A stretch of 64,000 bases of DNA from assembly GCA_026023565.1 (NCBI GenBank), contig JAPETS010000016.1, positions 310,001-374,000 on the forward strand. Reading direction: 5' to 3'. This DNA is from Cirrosporium novae-zelandiae. Lineage: Eukaryota. The notes below the pieces were generated by a model. That model saw only the letters and a program-made list of their open reading frames with translations, ran no database searches and was not told the DNA's origin. This document shows positions 37,501-51,126 of this stretch, piece after piece. A program made the translations under genes and the position numbers. Position 1 is the stretch's first letter; each line of letters starts with the position of its first letter.

Positions 37501-40500
37501 TCTGGTTTCATCAACCTTGTACTTTTTGTGTTCCTTCTTACGTTTCTTGTCGCTATATTTGCCGCTCAGATATTGCGAGGACAGTTTCCTCTGGAAGACT
37601 CCTCTGGTAACACCAATTTCATCTCTTTCTTCAACATATACAATTCTTTTATTGGGATGTACCAGATTCTATCAAGCGAAAACTGGACGACCCTTTTGTA
37701 CGGAGCTACTGAATCTAACGTGGGATGGGATACGGCCTGGATTCTTGCTGGATTCTTCATTCTGTGGTACATACTGGCTAACTTCATTGTATTGAATATG
37801 TTCATTGCTGTCATTCAGGAAAGTTTTGACGTGTCAGAAGACGAGAAACGAATGATGCAAGTTAAGGCTTTTCTGCAACAGAAAGAACTCGGTGGATCTT
37901 CTCACGGGAATCTCTCGCTCTCGTCTATCTTAAAGCTCGGGCGAGGATCGAAAAACCAAGACCCCTTAGAATATGGACCTGCATCCATGGAAATGTTACT
38001 GAAAGACGCTGTTGTCAAAGAATTTCTGGATGACGACACTGAACCCCTGATCCAACGCGATACCAATGATGATGGTATGGCAGCGGACGCTGCAAAACAA
38101 GTTTATCCTGGTGCACTCTCATCGTTTTGGGGGAAGTTCGTATCTATCTTCAAAGACCGGGAGCCAAATCCTTTTTATTCAAGTCTCCATTTCTCCCGTG
38201 CATATGAAGACCTGGATCCTAGAACTATGGCCCAAGAAGTTTTATCTGCAAGCGAACAACGGAAGAAGGCGCAACGGCAATATCTACAACGCCATCCAAA
38301 TTATAACGTTTCGCTCTACATATTTAGACCAACAAACCCCATTCGCCGATTTTGTCAACGAATAGTAGGACCGGGTCGTGGCACTTTACGAATCGAGGGA
38401 GTGGATCCCATCAAGCCAATCTGGTACGCCTTTTCAGCATTTATCTATGCTGCAATCGTCTGTATGGTTATACTCGCCTGTATTACCACACCACTCTATC
38501 AACGTGACTATTTCAAGACGCACGGGGATGTGTTTACACCGAATAACTGGTTTACATGGGCCGATTTTGGCTTTGCTATTGTGTTTACTACTGAAGCTAT
38601 TATCAAGGTTATAGCCGATGGTTTTTTCTGGACACCTAATGCTTACTTCCGAGGCTCTTGGGGTTTCATCGATGGCCTTGTGCTTATAACTCTCTGGATC
38701 AACGTTATCACGGCGCTCTACAAAGACGGGGGCGTATCCCGTGCTGTGGGAGCCTTCAAAGCTCTCAGGGCGATAAGACTACTGAATGTCAGTGATTCTG
38801 CGAGGGATACATTCCATTCGGTTATTATACTTGGTGGATGGAAAGTTTTATCTGCAGCGTTCGTTTCCATTAGTCTTCTGTTTCCATTCGCAATTTACGG
38901 GGTGAATCTTTTCAACGGACGACTGATGCAATGCAACGACGGTGACTATCCTGAGGGCCATGTCAGCAATTGTGTTGGGGAATACAACAATTCTATTTAC
39001 GACCCGTGGGATGTTCTCTCCCCGCGCCAGGTGGCAAATCCCTATTATAGTTTTGATGATTTTGCAAGTTCTCTATTCATCCTCTTCCAAATTGTTTCAC
39101 AGGAAGGCTGGGTTGACGTCATGGTATCTGGTACTCAGGCGGTTGGCAAATATATGCAACCTCAGGACTTCGCCAACCAAGGCAACGCAATTTTCTTCAT
39201 AGTGTTCAACTTGCTCGGTGCTGTCTTTGTCCTGACTTTGTTTGAATCTGTCTTTATGCGGAACTATACAGAACAAACAGGTGTTGCATTTTTGACTGCA
39301 GATCAGCGTTCATGGCTAGAATTGCGGAAAATCCTAAAACAGATAAAACCATCAAAAAGGCCAACGAACAAGAAAGCAACTGAGTGGCGGACATGGTGTT
39401 ACCGAATTGCTATTAAAAAACATGGAAGGTGGCAGAAATTCATTACATCGCTGCTCCTCTTTAACCTTCTTCTTGAGCTTTTGGAATTCTACGGCGAACC
39501 AACTTGGTGGACTCGTGTTCGAGGTAAGCTTTCGATCCTGGATAGCATTTCTTTTTACTGACAAATGTAGATGGCCTGATGCTTCTCATAACAATGTTCT
39601 TACTGGCGAATATCGTTATTCGGGTCGCGGGACTAACATGGAAGCGCTTTCGTGCTAATTCCTGGGACCTCTTTTCCGTCTTTGCCGTCACAGGATCTTT
39701 TGTTACGACTGTTGCATCTCTGATCAGAATAAACAGCCAAGTATACGATCAACTGCACAAATTATTTCTCGTTTCAGTCACATTACTCATCATTCCTCGT
39801 AACAATCAACTAGATCAATTGTTCAAAACTGCAGCTGCAAGTCTTACTAGCATTGGCAACTTATTGGCGACGTGGTTCGTCCTATTTCTTGCATATGCTA
39901 TAGCTTTCACGCAGATCTTTGGGCTTACCAAATTTGGCGGCGAGGAATCATGGAACATCAACTTTCGGACTGTTCCTAAAGCTCTTATCTTATTGTTCCG
40001 AATGAGTTGTGGCGAGGGTTGGAACGAGTTAATGGAAGATTTTGCTAATATTACACCACCAAACTGCGTAACGTCGGAAAACTTCTTCGATTCTGATTGC
40101 GGCAGTACTCCATGGGCACGCGTCCTCTTCATCTCGTGGAACATTGTCAGCATGTACATCTTCGTTTCTCTTTTCGTCTCATTGATTTATGAGAGTTTCT
40201 CGTATGTCTATCAACGAAGCAGTGGATTATCGGCTGTGAGTAGAGAAGAAATCAGAAGATTCAAACAAGCCTGGGCGACATTCGATCCGCAAGGTACTGG
40301 GTACATTTCAAAAGAAGCTTTCCCTCGGCTTTTGGGTGTAAGTCCCTTTCCCCGGTCATATTACCCAACCTTGCTGACCATTGTTTCAAGGAATTATCGG
40401 GCGTCTTCCAGATGCGAATCTACGATCCAGACTGGTCTGTTCGTAGTATACTCGAAGATTGTCAGGCTCCTCGAAGAGAATCTACTATGAATCACCGAAT

Positions 40501-41366
40501 AGTCGAAGGCGTCGATCTTGATAGGCTGACCACACGGTTGGCGCATCTTCCAATTTATGAGGTTCGGCGAAGAAGGGAACGCATGAATATTTTCTACGAA
40601 GAGATGTTGGTATCCGCAGACAAAGACAAAGGAATCAGTTTCACCGCCTTGCTGATGATCATTGCTCATTACAATGTTATCAGCGACCAGAAAAGCTTAA
40701 GGTAAGCTGAGATTATTAGTATACACACGGCTTCGTTCACTAACAGCGTGGGTTAGATTAGAGGAATTCCTCCGTCGGCGCGCGCGCCTACAACGAGTCC
40801 AAGAAGCCGTAGACAGGAACATTGTTGTAGGCTTTTTCGATATGCTATACTGGAGTCGTGAATTCCGCCATAAGATAGCTGCCAAGAAGGCTAGTCGCAT
40901 GACGAGTGTTCCTCGCTTAGAGGTACCAGAGATCTTTGTTGACGACCAAGACGATAGCGACCATCATTCCAAGGATGGGACGAAGGAGGGGGATGATGAG
41001 TGGTCACCTTCTCATAGCCCTACGGAAAACTGGAGGGGACGATCGTCGTCCTCGGCCTCGACCGGGATTGAGCCTCGTGCCGTGTCACCTACTATCACAG
41101 ACCTCCGCCGCCGGGACTCGAGAGGAAGCTCACTAACATTATCAGATGGACACACGCTCAGTCCGGCCATGTCACCACGTACAGGCTCACCAACATTGGC
41201 ATTAGACGGGCATCAAAGCCCGTTATTCCCTTCAGGAAATGTAACACCGCAGGGTCGGAGCAGACAAGGTAGTGCGGTGAGCGCACAGGGCGTTATGGCA
41301 GCTCTGGACAGCTCGGCTTGGGGAGAAAGTATTCGGCGCAGTTTCACCACACGACGAACGGGGTAG
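34570..41366 (+). CDS. CCH1: High-affinity calcium channel subunit Cch1, multi-exon
   Basis: Four 6-TM repeats with S4-like segments. Pore loops TSNTF / SSENW / SQEGW / CGEGW (N-E-E-E filter) and a C-terminal EF-hand-like FKQAWATFDPQGTG. Confidence 0.95.
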
Positions 41367-42052
41367 GATAGCCATAAGTAAGGTTTCATGGATTGCTAAT
41401 GATTTTATGCATTTCCTGTAAAAGGCATTTTTCCAAGGCGGAGTTCATGAGGGTATCAGGGACTGTGGACCAAGACGGGGCCACATAAATCTGGTTGGGA
41501 CACAGAGGGCGTTCAGAGGACATTGCATTGGGACGGGTTTAGAGATAGAGATGGATAGGAAGGGGCGGGGTTCTTTGGTTCTTCTTCCGTGTACAGGGGA
41601 CGAGACACTTACGATGTACATTGATTTTACTTTCTCATGTGAGTGATTGAGTGGAGTAGTGGAGTTGGTGGAAGGTTGTGAATAGAGATGATGCCACCAG
41701 GTGAGGTGGCTGTTGGTTCTTGCGAGTGGATCAAGCCTCCAAGAGCTTGTTACAATAAAAAAATCCAAGCCTAAGGGAGCAATGCGAAATACTAGACTAT
41801 TATGCTACTGGAGTATCACAAGTAAATCCTCTGACACAAGTGGTACGATGGAGGAGAAAGAGAGCGAGAGAAGTTCGAGAGAGCCTAGAGGGTAGAAGGA
41901 AATTATTAACATTGGTGAGAGCGATTGGCACGATTGGGTTTCTTGGATAGAATGTCTGAACGTTTGATAAGAGGGACGTTTGATGATGTGATTTGCAGGG
42001 GGATTTGCGGGGATGAGGGTCTCAATGTCGGTCTGCAATGGATATCGAGGCC

Positions 42053-42090
42053 CAGGTCACGGCCAAGGTCACGGCCAAGGTCACGGCCAA
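42053..42090. repeat. 12-bp tandem repeat (ggtcacggccaa) x3
   Basis: ccaggtcacggccaaggtcacggccaaggtcacggccaagg is visible directly. Confidence 0.8.
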
Positions 42091-43039
42091 GGGACCCATG
42101 ATCTGAAGATCTCCAACTTCTGGCAATGGTGCGACAACGGAAAGGGGAAGAACATGATCCGTAGTTATTCTTTTCTATGGATACGATACAGTTACAACGG
42201 TTTGAACGTTGGGTTGGAAGTTTTTTATTTTAGTTTGTTTGAGAATCCTTGTTATGGGGGTGGTCCTTGAACTTGAGACCCGAACAATGACCAGGGACCA
42301 CCACCCATTTCACATTTCCTCTCAGAGCAATCAACCTTTACGGCCGCGTCAGAAACCTCCCATCGTTCAGGTTCAATCTACAAGTGGTTAATTGATTTCA
42401 TCTCTTTCATTTACATGATGATGGTTTTTAATGTTCTTATTTATATTAACTTGATTTTCCCTCGACCCGTCCTCTGCTTCTTTTCTATTCTTATCATCTT
42501 CTATTGATGTCTTGAGGACTCATTTTACTATCCCTTGATCAATATCATTCTTGTCTTATGACCCATATATATTTATATAAATATATATAGTCAATATATA
42601 TATACACCCTCTTTACACTTTTACACTTTCCCAGGACTCGCCGGAAGATTCCCTGCTACCACTTTCATTCTATATCATCAGAGCTTCAGCCTCTTCTTCG
42701 TAACCCTTTCTTTCTGTTCTCCACACAGAATACTAGTAATTTCACCCTTGTTGCCTGTTGTTTTATTTTAGCAGAATTGGAACTAATTTCCATCGCAGTC
42801 CATTCATTCAATTCACACTCACTTCGCAATTTTCCAGTCCTTACGAAAACCGGCAGGATCTCTGTAAATTATTTATATACTTGCGAATCATCATCATCGC
42901 CGTCATCACTATCATCATCATCAACAACAACATCGACCTGGCTGGCCCTCGTGTGATGTGCTCTTGATTCCTCCAAAGCTGTGATAAAACCTCATCTGTC
43001 GACCTAAACCCACCATTCCATAGGACCAAACCATCGTGG

Positions 43040-43801
43040 ATGCAGTCGAACTACATTTCCATCACCAATCCAAAGCGGAACGCCAACTCCGCTCTAACCT
43101 ACACGGCATCAGCTCGTGTCCGACGACTGGTCTCCCATTTCGAGAAGTTAAATCCTGGCGGGATCCTCCCAACGCCCGCATCCCCATCATCACCAACATC
43201 ACCACGAGCAACAATAACAACAACCGCAAACATGAGGCCCCAACAGCTGCATCACCACCACCAGCAACAGACACCCCAATCCCGGCGTCTCCCGGCTCTC
43301 CCGTTCCTCCGGACCACCTTCCGCACTCCCTTCGCCAAACGGCTCTCGTCGGACTCCTCCATCACTTCCACCTTCTCAAACTCCTCTACCACCTCCCTCT
43401 CCCCAACCCAGGACGTCGCTTCCACAGCCACAACCTCCCCCAGCACCACAGTCTCCCCCTCAACACCTCTCTCCCGCTCCTGCCGTAGAGCCGCAGGCGT
43501 CTCCCAAAACTACAGCCACCCGAGCCCCCAGAGCTACAACCACCCGAGCCTCCACCACATCATCTACTCATGCTCGACCGCAACCGTGCAGCGCAAGCAG
43601 GGAGGAAATAGCCATCGGTTCTCCGGATTTAATTTTGGTTTCGATTCCGAGCATGATTCAGATTCGGATGATAGTTACGACCGCTGCTATTACGTTAAGG
43701 AAAATATCTTTGGGAGGACGGAAATGGATAGCGTGCTAGAGCCGAGACCGCGTGATGTGGGATTCGAGGGGATCTTTCAGGTTTTGGAGGGAGAGTGCTG
43801 A
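43040..43801 (+). CDS. Hypothetical low-complexity Ser/Thr/Pro-rich protein, 253 aa
   Basis: ATG-initiated ORF that is GC-richer than its AT-rich flanks, with a compact C-terminal motif IFGRTEMDSVLEPRPRDVGFEGIFQVLEG. No family recognised. Confidence 0.55.
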   Translation: MQSNYISITNPKRNANSALTYTASARVRRLVSHFEKLNPGGILPTPASPSSPTSPRATITTTANMRPQQLHHHHQQQTPQSRRLPALPFLRTTFRTPFAKRLSSDSSITSTFSNSSTTSLSPTQDVASTATTSPSTTVSPSTPLSRSCRRAAGVSQNYSHPSPQSYNHPSLHHIIYSCSTATVQRKQGGNSHRFSGFNFGFDSEHDSDSDDSYDRCYYVKENIFGRTEMDSVLEPRPRDVGFEGIFQVLEGEC

Positions 43802-45467
43802 GGTGAGCGTCACGAGAGATGGCTCCCGTCTGGTCTACCACCGCTCTTCTTTTCGTTCACTTCTCTTCTGCGGTGGGCGGGCCTACACACGCGCACGCGT
43901 GTGCATTTAAATACCCTTCACTTCACTTCAACCTTCACTTCCTACATCCAATATTCAACATCCAACTCCAAACGAACGACCAACCAAACCATCTTCGACC
44001 TTGCCGTGTTCGCTTCTGCCTGGATATGATTAGGATTGGAACACCCCTTTAACCAAACATCTGACTCTCACATAAAAAGAGACTGTTTTTTATTATTAAT
44101 TCAACCCCTTTTGAACACACTTTTTTTCTTCTTGCTTTTTCTTCTTCTTTTAAAAAGCCCTTTTTCGATTCTTGATTCTCCTTTTAGATGAAGGCAGGGC
44201 AAGTCCTTTTCGGGGGGTATGGACGTGGGGGGTTGAATTCTTTTCTTTCGATTCGATTCTTTGATCAAGGGGAGGTGGGATATAAAATACCTAAAGTAGG
44301 GGTATATTGATATTGGAGATTACACGTTATCGTCTTTCTCTCCTTCGTTCATACGAACATGAACATATGAACATGAACATGGATTACTTAACTGACTGAT
44401 TTGATGCTTTTGGGGATATACTTACTAGAAGGGATGGACATGGATACGCGGGGAGGCTTTATTGTTTTTATATATGGTATGGCCATTTATATATATCTAT
44501 ATATATATGTTTTATGAAATACATAAATTTTTATGATTTTTTAAGTAATTTTTTTTTTCTTTTTACCCGCAAGGGGGCCCCATAGCTTATAAACGACATG
44601 TGGACAATAAAATGCAGTATCATCGAGTATTTTTTTTTTTTTGGAGGGATTGTTGTGAAAGGGTTTGAGGGGATGTGGATATGATGTATGGGAGAGAAGA
44701 GGGTAACTTAATTAGTAGATTTTGATTAGATATGGACATCTATAGATATAGATGGGTTGAGGTGGATTGGAATTAGGGAAGCACAAGTCCACTTGTCTCC
44801 ATTCATTATAATTTATGTAATTAATTTGTTATCTGTAGATGTTTTCTTGGAAGGGAGGAGATTTTACATACATCCTTTTTGTACAGTTTTGTACTTCCTC
44901 TTACATTGATTGCATTGCCACCCCATTAGACTACCAGCACTTCTTGATAATTAAATCTAAATCCAAATTTGAATTTGAAAAATAATACCCATTTGCTTCT
45001 ATTCCTTTCTTTCTTCTTCTTCTTCTTCTTTCTTCTTGTGCCCCATTTATTTCATTAATAATGGATAGGTATATTTCTGAGGTGGTTTTTTTTCCTGCGT
45101 TTTTTGTTTGCCTGCCTGCTTGTATTTTTATTAGGATGTATTATATGGCATTGGTATTGGGTATGCATGCAATCTTTTTGGTACTGTACTTTTTTATATT
45201 GTATTGTTATCCCATTGTAGGGGTAAGTAGGTAAGTAGGTAGTAGTAGTAGTAGTACTTGATGGATGGATGATGGATCTGAATTTGAAAAATACACATTT
45301 TCTATTTCTTTCTTCTGCTGTGCCCATTTGTTGATTTCATGTTCATTCCATTAATTATAACGCCGCTGATAACAAGCAGCCGAAACGTAACATGGCATGG
45401 CCTATTTGTGTAACACCCCCCCCCCCCCCGTTCTACTCCTCCCCTACTCCCTTACCCCCTTACTCTC

Positions 45468-46738
45468 TTACTCCTCAATCCACTTAACACACTCCCACTT
45501 TCCCTTAAGATCCTCCTTCCATAAGCTGACCTTATTGTCGCCCCCACTAACAGCCAAAACGTTCCCACTCAGACTCCAGCTGACGCGCCAGAGCACGGCG
45601 TCGAAGGTCAGGATCGTGCTCTTCCATTCCGTGGGGTTCGACGGGTCCGAGGTCCAGATTCGGACGGTTTTATCTTGGGAGGCGGAGGCGATGTAGTATC
45701 GGGAGAGGATGGTGGGGGACCAGGAGACGTCGCGGACCCAGTCTGTGTGGCCTTTGAGGGTGATTGTTGTTTGGTAGGTGTTTAGTTCGGGGCTGGGGTG
45801 GTAGAAGAGGAGGTTATTAGCTTTTCTATGGTTCAAATGGGATTTCATGACCCCATTCCCATATGATTCTAATGTATTTGTTCGTGCATGAGATTCACAC
45901 ATACTTGTAGTCCCAGATCTTAACTAAATTGTCACTTCCTCCGGTAACGAATCTTCTGACTTGCCCAACTCCGGGGCTTGGACTGACGAGACTTCCTGGT
46001 GCAATTGCAGGTGCCCAGCTCACCGCATTGACTCCAATTGCGTGTGCCGGGTATAGCTGATGCTCCCAGCTGTTATCCTTGAATTCGAGGATGGACACCC
46101 TGCCGTCCGAGGAGGCGCAAGCCAGTAAGCAGCCGAGTTCATGCGGTGACCAGCAAACGATGTTCACGGAGGCGGTATGAAGGGTAAAGGTGAAGACGAT
46201 TTGCCACTGTGAGTTTGTTTCTCGCCAAATGATTACTTTTCCGTCGTATGAGGAGGATGCTAGGATAGTGCCGTATTTAGGATGCGCCTTGGAGTAGCTA
46301 TTAGTTTTTTTTATTTTTTATTTTATTTTTAGGTTGACCGAAAAGGATTGTGACGAACCCATGATACACACCAGACAGCGCCTTCATGACTGTTATATTG
46401 AGATCAGTATTATGCCCAATCGGGGAAGCAATGCTTCAGACGAACCCTCGTAGCGTTTCTGTTAGACGATGTGTGTCCCCTTCTATTTCAAATATTTTAA
46501 TTGTTTTATCTGCAGAGCAAGTGGCAAGCCGTCGACCATAATAGTCCAAGACGGCATCATGCTGGTGGACGCAAACATGTTAGTTTTGTCATTTATATAG
46601 CTCTTCTGATGTTCCATCGTATGGTTTAGGTACGCACAATCATATCATCATGACCGGAGTTGGAGATAACTTGCGTCTGTAAGGGCCTGTAAGTAAGCAT
46701 GCATATATTTTGGGTACGAGCAAATTGGGACTCACCAT
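45468..46738 (-). CDS. SEC13: COPII/nuclear pore WD40 protein Sec13, multi-exon
   Basis: [57 protein letters not shown] and [21 protein letters not shown]. The first coding exon is only the ATG. Confidence 0.95.
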
Positions 46739-46916
46739 GGTGAAGGAATGTCAAATAGGAAAGAAGCTCTATGGTTCGATTGTGAGCTTCTAATACCTGT
46801 GAAATAGAGACCAGTTGGCAGCCTCCTCTATTCCAAGCTGTCCTAAACAATTCCCTGAGACCGCTTTACCTCGAAACGGGACTTCCCGCGCGCCGGAAGA
46901 ACTATCTTCCCAAAAT

Positions 46917-46945
46917 CAAGGTGTCAAGGTGTCAAGGTGTCAAGG
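46917..46945. repeat. 8-bp tandem repeat (tcaaggtg) about x3.5 in the SEC13/PEX20 divergent promoter
   Basis: tcaaggtgtcaaggtgtcaaggtgtcaagg is visible directly. Confidence 0.75.
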
Positions 46946-47222
46946 GGTCGGGATTGTCAAGACTTCGGAGCATCGGCATCTCATCCCCTGTGCCTGTGAT
47001 ATCAGCGCCTTTTTCGGCTTCAGCCTCGGCTCTACCGTAGTCCTTTTGGTCCATGGCCTCAGTCACCGAAACCCATCACAAATAAAAAGTAACCCAGGCG
47101 CAAAGGATTAATTACACATACACCTTCTTCACATTACTCCATTCAATTACCTGTACTTTTGATAAACTATTCAACCTCCACCCTTAATCTCGCATTCACG
47201 TTCTTCGGTTTCAAGTTCAAAC

Positions 47223-48451
47223 ATGGCGGAAGCACTCTGCGGACCTGCGAATCCATTACAGACCTTTCAGAAACAGTCAAATGCCGACCGATCATTGCAG
47301 CAAGATCATTTGATATCCCGTCATTCATCCACTGCAGTATGGCTGTCTTCTAACCTATCATACTTTCTACTCGCTGATTTAGAGAAATGTAGGGCTTCCG
47401 CTCTCCAAACCAGAATGCTGGCATTCTAGACCCTGAATTCGAAGCCTTCCAAGTCGGATTCTCTGTCGGCCCATCTCACTCAGAATTACAGCCGTTGAAT
47501 AGAGAAGCGCAATTATTCCCTCATACTCCACTATCGCAGCCAGGCCCATCATGGGCTTCCGACTTTCAGCAGCTTCAGATTTCTGAATCGCATTCCTCAA
47601 TACCGCAATCCCGCATACACCCCAAGGCACCAATACAACAAAATGCTCCTGGGGGGTGGTCTCAGGACTTTCTTGGACAACAGTCGCATTCTCATACACC
47701 TCCACAACAACTGCGAACTCCTCAGCTCCCCACTTATGCGCCACACGTGGGGATGCAGGGATGGCATAGCTCATTTCTACAAGGTGGGATGGGAGCCGGA
47801 CCCGAAGTCTGGAATGCGGAGCAAGCGTCGTCCCAGAAACAGCCAGAACAAGTGTTTGATGAGAAGGCGTTCGAGAAGGCTTTTGTGGATGCGCGGAATG
47901 ATATGCTCTGGCAAGAGTTGGGGGAAGATGTCCAGGTCAATCAGCCGGTCGAGAATCAGGTGCCGGAACAAGATCTAAGCCATTTGGCGGAACAGGGGCC
48001 AGTTGGTGCCGATGCCATTCTACACAGTGAAAGCCAGGGAGAAAATATAGCTCATGATGACGGCGATGATCTAGCAAGGACGGCTGGTCAGCTTTTGGAT
48101 AGTGTAAAACATGATCAGAGCCAGAAATTTCAGCAAAGCAACTTTCTAGCACTGATGCGACGGCTACGGGACAAAGAAGTGAAGGTTGAAGGAGATGACT
48201 TCCGAGAGGTGAGCAGTAACTTAATCTACTAATTTTTGTATTCGGGATGAAGGTCTGTGCGAAGGTATGATTGTTCGGAAGACTAATGCAAGACATAGAC
48301 GGTACAACCACTCCATCCCGGTGGACTCGACTACCCAGATCGTCGGTACTCAGAGATAACAGAAATGACGGGGGCAATCAGTGGGGAAGATATCAGTAAG
48401 TTGAACGATAATGTCGAAGGTGGATCGATGGGGGAGATACAAGACTTATAA
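47223..48451 (+). CDS. PEX20: PTS2 co-receptor peroxin Pex20, 3 exons
   Basis: N-terminal conserved Cys (MAEALCGPANPL), three WxxxF motifs (WASDF, WSQDF, WHSSF) and the Pex7-binding box KFQQSNFLALMRRLRD. No TPR domain, so it is not Pex5. Confidence 0.85.
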
Positions 48452-49401
48452 AGTACAGATCAACCGACAGTATGACTCTCGAAGCAAACACGCTCCCCGA
48501 ACCTACTAGGGTCATCTGATATGTCTTTGGATTTCCCATGCAATACTGATGCAGCCATTTCGAAGGAAGATGATGGTTATGATAATAGCAGAGGCAGGGT
48601 TCATCACCAAGTATTATATTCTTCAGGATGCTTTTTCAGAAAAGAGTTTGAAAAGCAAGGCTTGTCTTAGCTTCACCACCATAAAAAAAAAGTGGACGAA
48701 TAATGCAATGTTGTTGGGGTGACTGTCTAGGGATGTATTACAAGGGGTACTACATGTACTTTTGTATCTAGGAAGTCTCATCAGACGGATGTATGATATA
48801 GCGAAGTACAGTGGAGGGCAGATGACTTGTTTGGTCTGTGAAGTATTCCAGGGTATTCAGGCACATGTCAAACGGGCTCAGGGATTGCTGTACTCAGGAT
48901 TGACGTATTGGATTGGCGTCATGAGTCAGTTTGGTGTAGTTTGTAACTTGAAGATTGCCAGTAATGAAGTATTTAAATAATGATTTAATATTTCCTTTCT
49001 TTTCCACTCATCCTCTCGTCCTTCTTGCCAAGCTTGTTGGGCCCCTGGCTAGCGTCCCTTCCGGTATGAGCTTATTGAGAGCCTCTCCCTATTAGACCCC
49101 ATACTGTTCCATACCATCCAGGTGATCCCTTCCATTCTTTGGATTTTGGGCCATCAGCGGCTAACCAACTTCTCCAACCTCAAACAAGTCCCCGACCTGG
49201 AAATATCAATTCTTCCAACCTCCCAGTCCTTGGACGAACCCTCAATTGTCATCAACGCTGCTGTCAAGATTATTTTATTCTTCTGATAAATTAGATCATT
49301 GAATTGCTTTTCTAATCCAACCCGCCTCCACTCTAATTGACTACTGTCTCTACATGCTTACTTACCGCATCATTCAAATCAGCCATCACTAAATCACCAT
49401 C

Positions 49402-51126
49402 ACGTTGTCGGACCCACGAGCTTCAGAGGATCGCTCGCCCGCCACGGCGTTGACGCCTCCATTTCAGACCCCTCTCACGGCGGACGACGACCTCTCCTAC
49501 ACTGCTCCACCCCCTGGTTCTCCCACTTTCGAGCCTTCTCCATCTCGAGCATCTTCTCCAAGACCCCCGCCCTTCTCCTCCCTCTACTTCCCACCTGATA
49601 CCGACCACGCCCATTTTAAATATTCCGTTACCGAATCTTGCCCCATAAATCTCGCGGCAGCATTCGCGCCTGCTCCGCCTTTCGAAGAAGCTACAGGAGC
49701 ATCATCAATCGCCTCACAGACAATCGCAGAAACAAAGGCAGCATTACCGTCAGATAATAAGGGGGAGCAATCAAGCAAAGCTGCAGAAGATTCGGAGCCT
49801 CCACCACCATACACAGAGGGGTCGAGTCCGTTAGATTCGTTTTCATATCTAATGGCGGCCGCTGGAGGAGCGGCAAGCATTATCACACAGGTCCAACAAG
49901 GCGCCGCGCCACCTCTTAACACTTTAACAGGTAAATCAATCCTCCTACAACTAGAGAAATTTTATTTCTAAAGTTTGTAATGTACCTGGCTGAAGACTTC
50001 AATTGAGGCTAATACAACGTATAGATGTTGGATCTGAAGAGCAGGTTACACTCGATCTTCGGTAGTATCTCCTAGTGATAAGTTTTCACCCTGTATTTGC
50101 TAACTCTATTTATTGTAGGGGTACCAGGTTCACATTATCGCGGGATGAGTTGCTGACCTTGCCGGAATTTGTCCTGCTTTCTCTCTTTCCGAATGGCCTA
50201 CTTCCGGATGGTCATATGAACAACTCCTTCCACGAGGGAGATGTATATCCAGTCGACGTACGTTCATCTCGAGCCATAATCAATGGCTTATCTAACCCTA
50301 ACCTATATCTAAGTTATTTAACGTATGAATCTGAACAGTATGACCCTGCCTCTCTCCAATATATGTTAGAGTTCTTCCGTGCTGTTGCACAGTCGATACC
50401 ATCATCTTCCCCTTCGCCTACAACTTCCACTGAACCGGAGGCTATTCCCATCGAGCCAATGCCTGGATCTGCACGGGATATGCTCCAGGATAAGGCTGGA
50501 ATAATCGTGCTGAGGGAAGACCTCGATTTCTATGTTATACCACCAAAAGGAGACATTGAAGCGACGGAAATGATAGAAGTAAAAAGAGCAGCGGGACGAG
50601 CATTGCAAAAGCAAGATGGCATATTTTCTGGCCTGAGAAGGAGTGAAGAGAGTGGCACAACAGAACAACATCTAATTGAGATGCTTACAGCTGGGTAACT
50701 ACCCTATTCATCTCCCTCTAGTTTTTTATTGGTATGGCCATTAACGCCTTACATTTCCAGTGGCTTTAATCACGATGATCGCTGGGGACATCGTGCCGGT
50801 GAACCAAATAAGGCTGTTATCTGTAGTCTCGCACTCGCTCGCCTACGAACCGACCTCAAGGGCACCGATCTTGCAAGCACCAATGCAGTTGGAATGGCAC
50901 AGAAACTGCTATTATTCTGGAGGAAACCTGCCCGGCGTTGTTGGTGGGAAGGAGTTGAACTTGATCATGTTGAAGGCGTGGAGGGTAAATTAAAGATTTG
51001 GATACGAAGAGTGTGGACTCTAGAGATGGTAAGTTGCGAATATATTTCTTAATGGTGCTATTCGCAAATTTCAAATTTCACGGCTAACAATGGATGTATA
51101 AACAGAGTGTGATAGGATTACGATGA
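49402..51126 (+). CDS. WHI2: Whi2 (BTB-like stress/growth regulator). First AUG is at 49852, with a probable ACG-initiated N-terminal extension from 49402
   Basis: LDLRGTRFTLSRDELLTLPEFVLLSLFPNG, IIVLREDLDFY, EQHLIEML, WGHRAGEP, LLLFWRKPARRCWW and IRRVWTLEMSVIG. The frame is open from 49393. Confidence 0.88.

Noticed and set aside
44050..45400. AT-rich tract with homopolymers and microsatellites as a transposon relic
   Set aside because: No terminal repeats or transposase remnants were seen. It is consistent with long convergent 3' UTRs.
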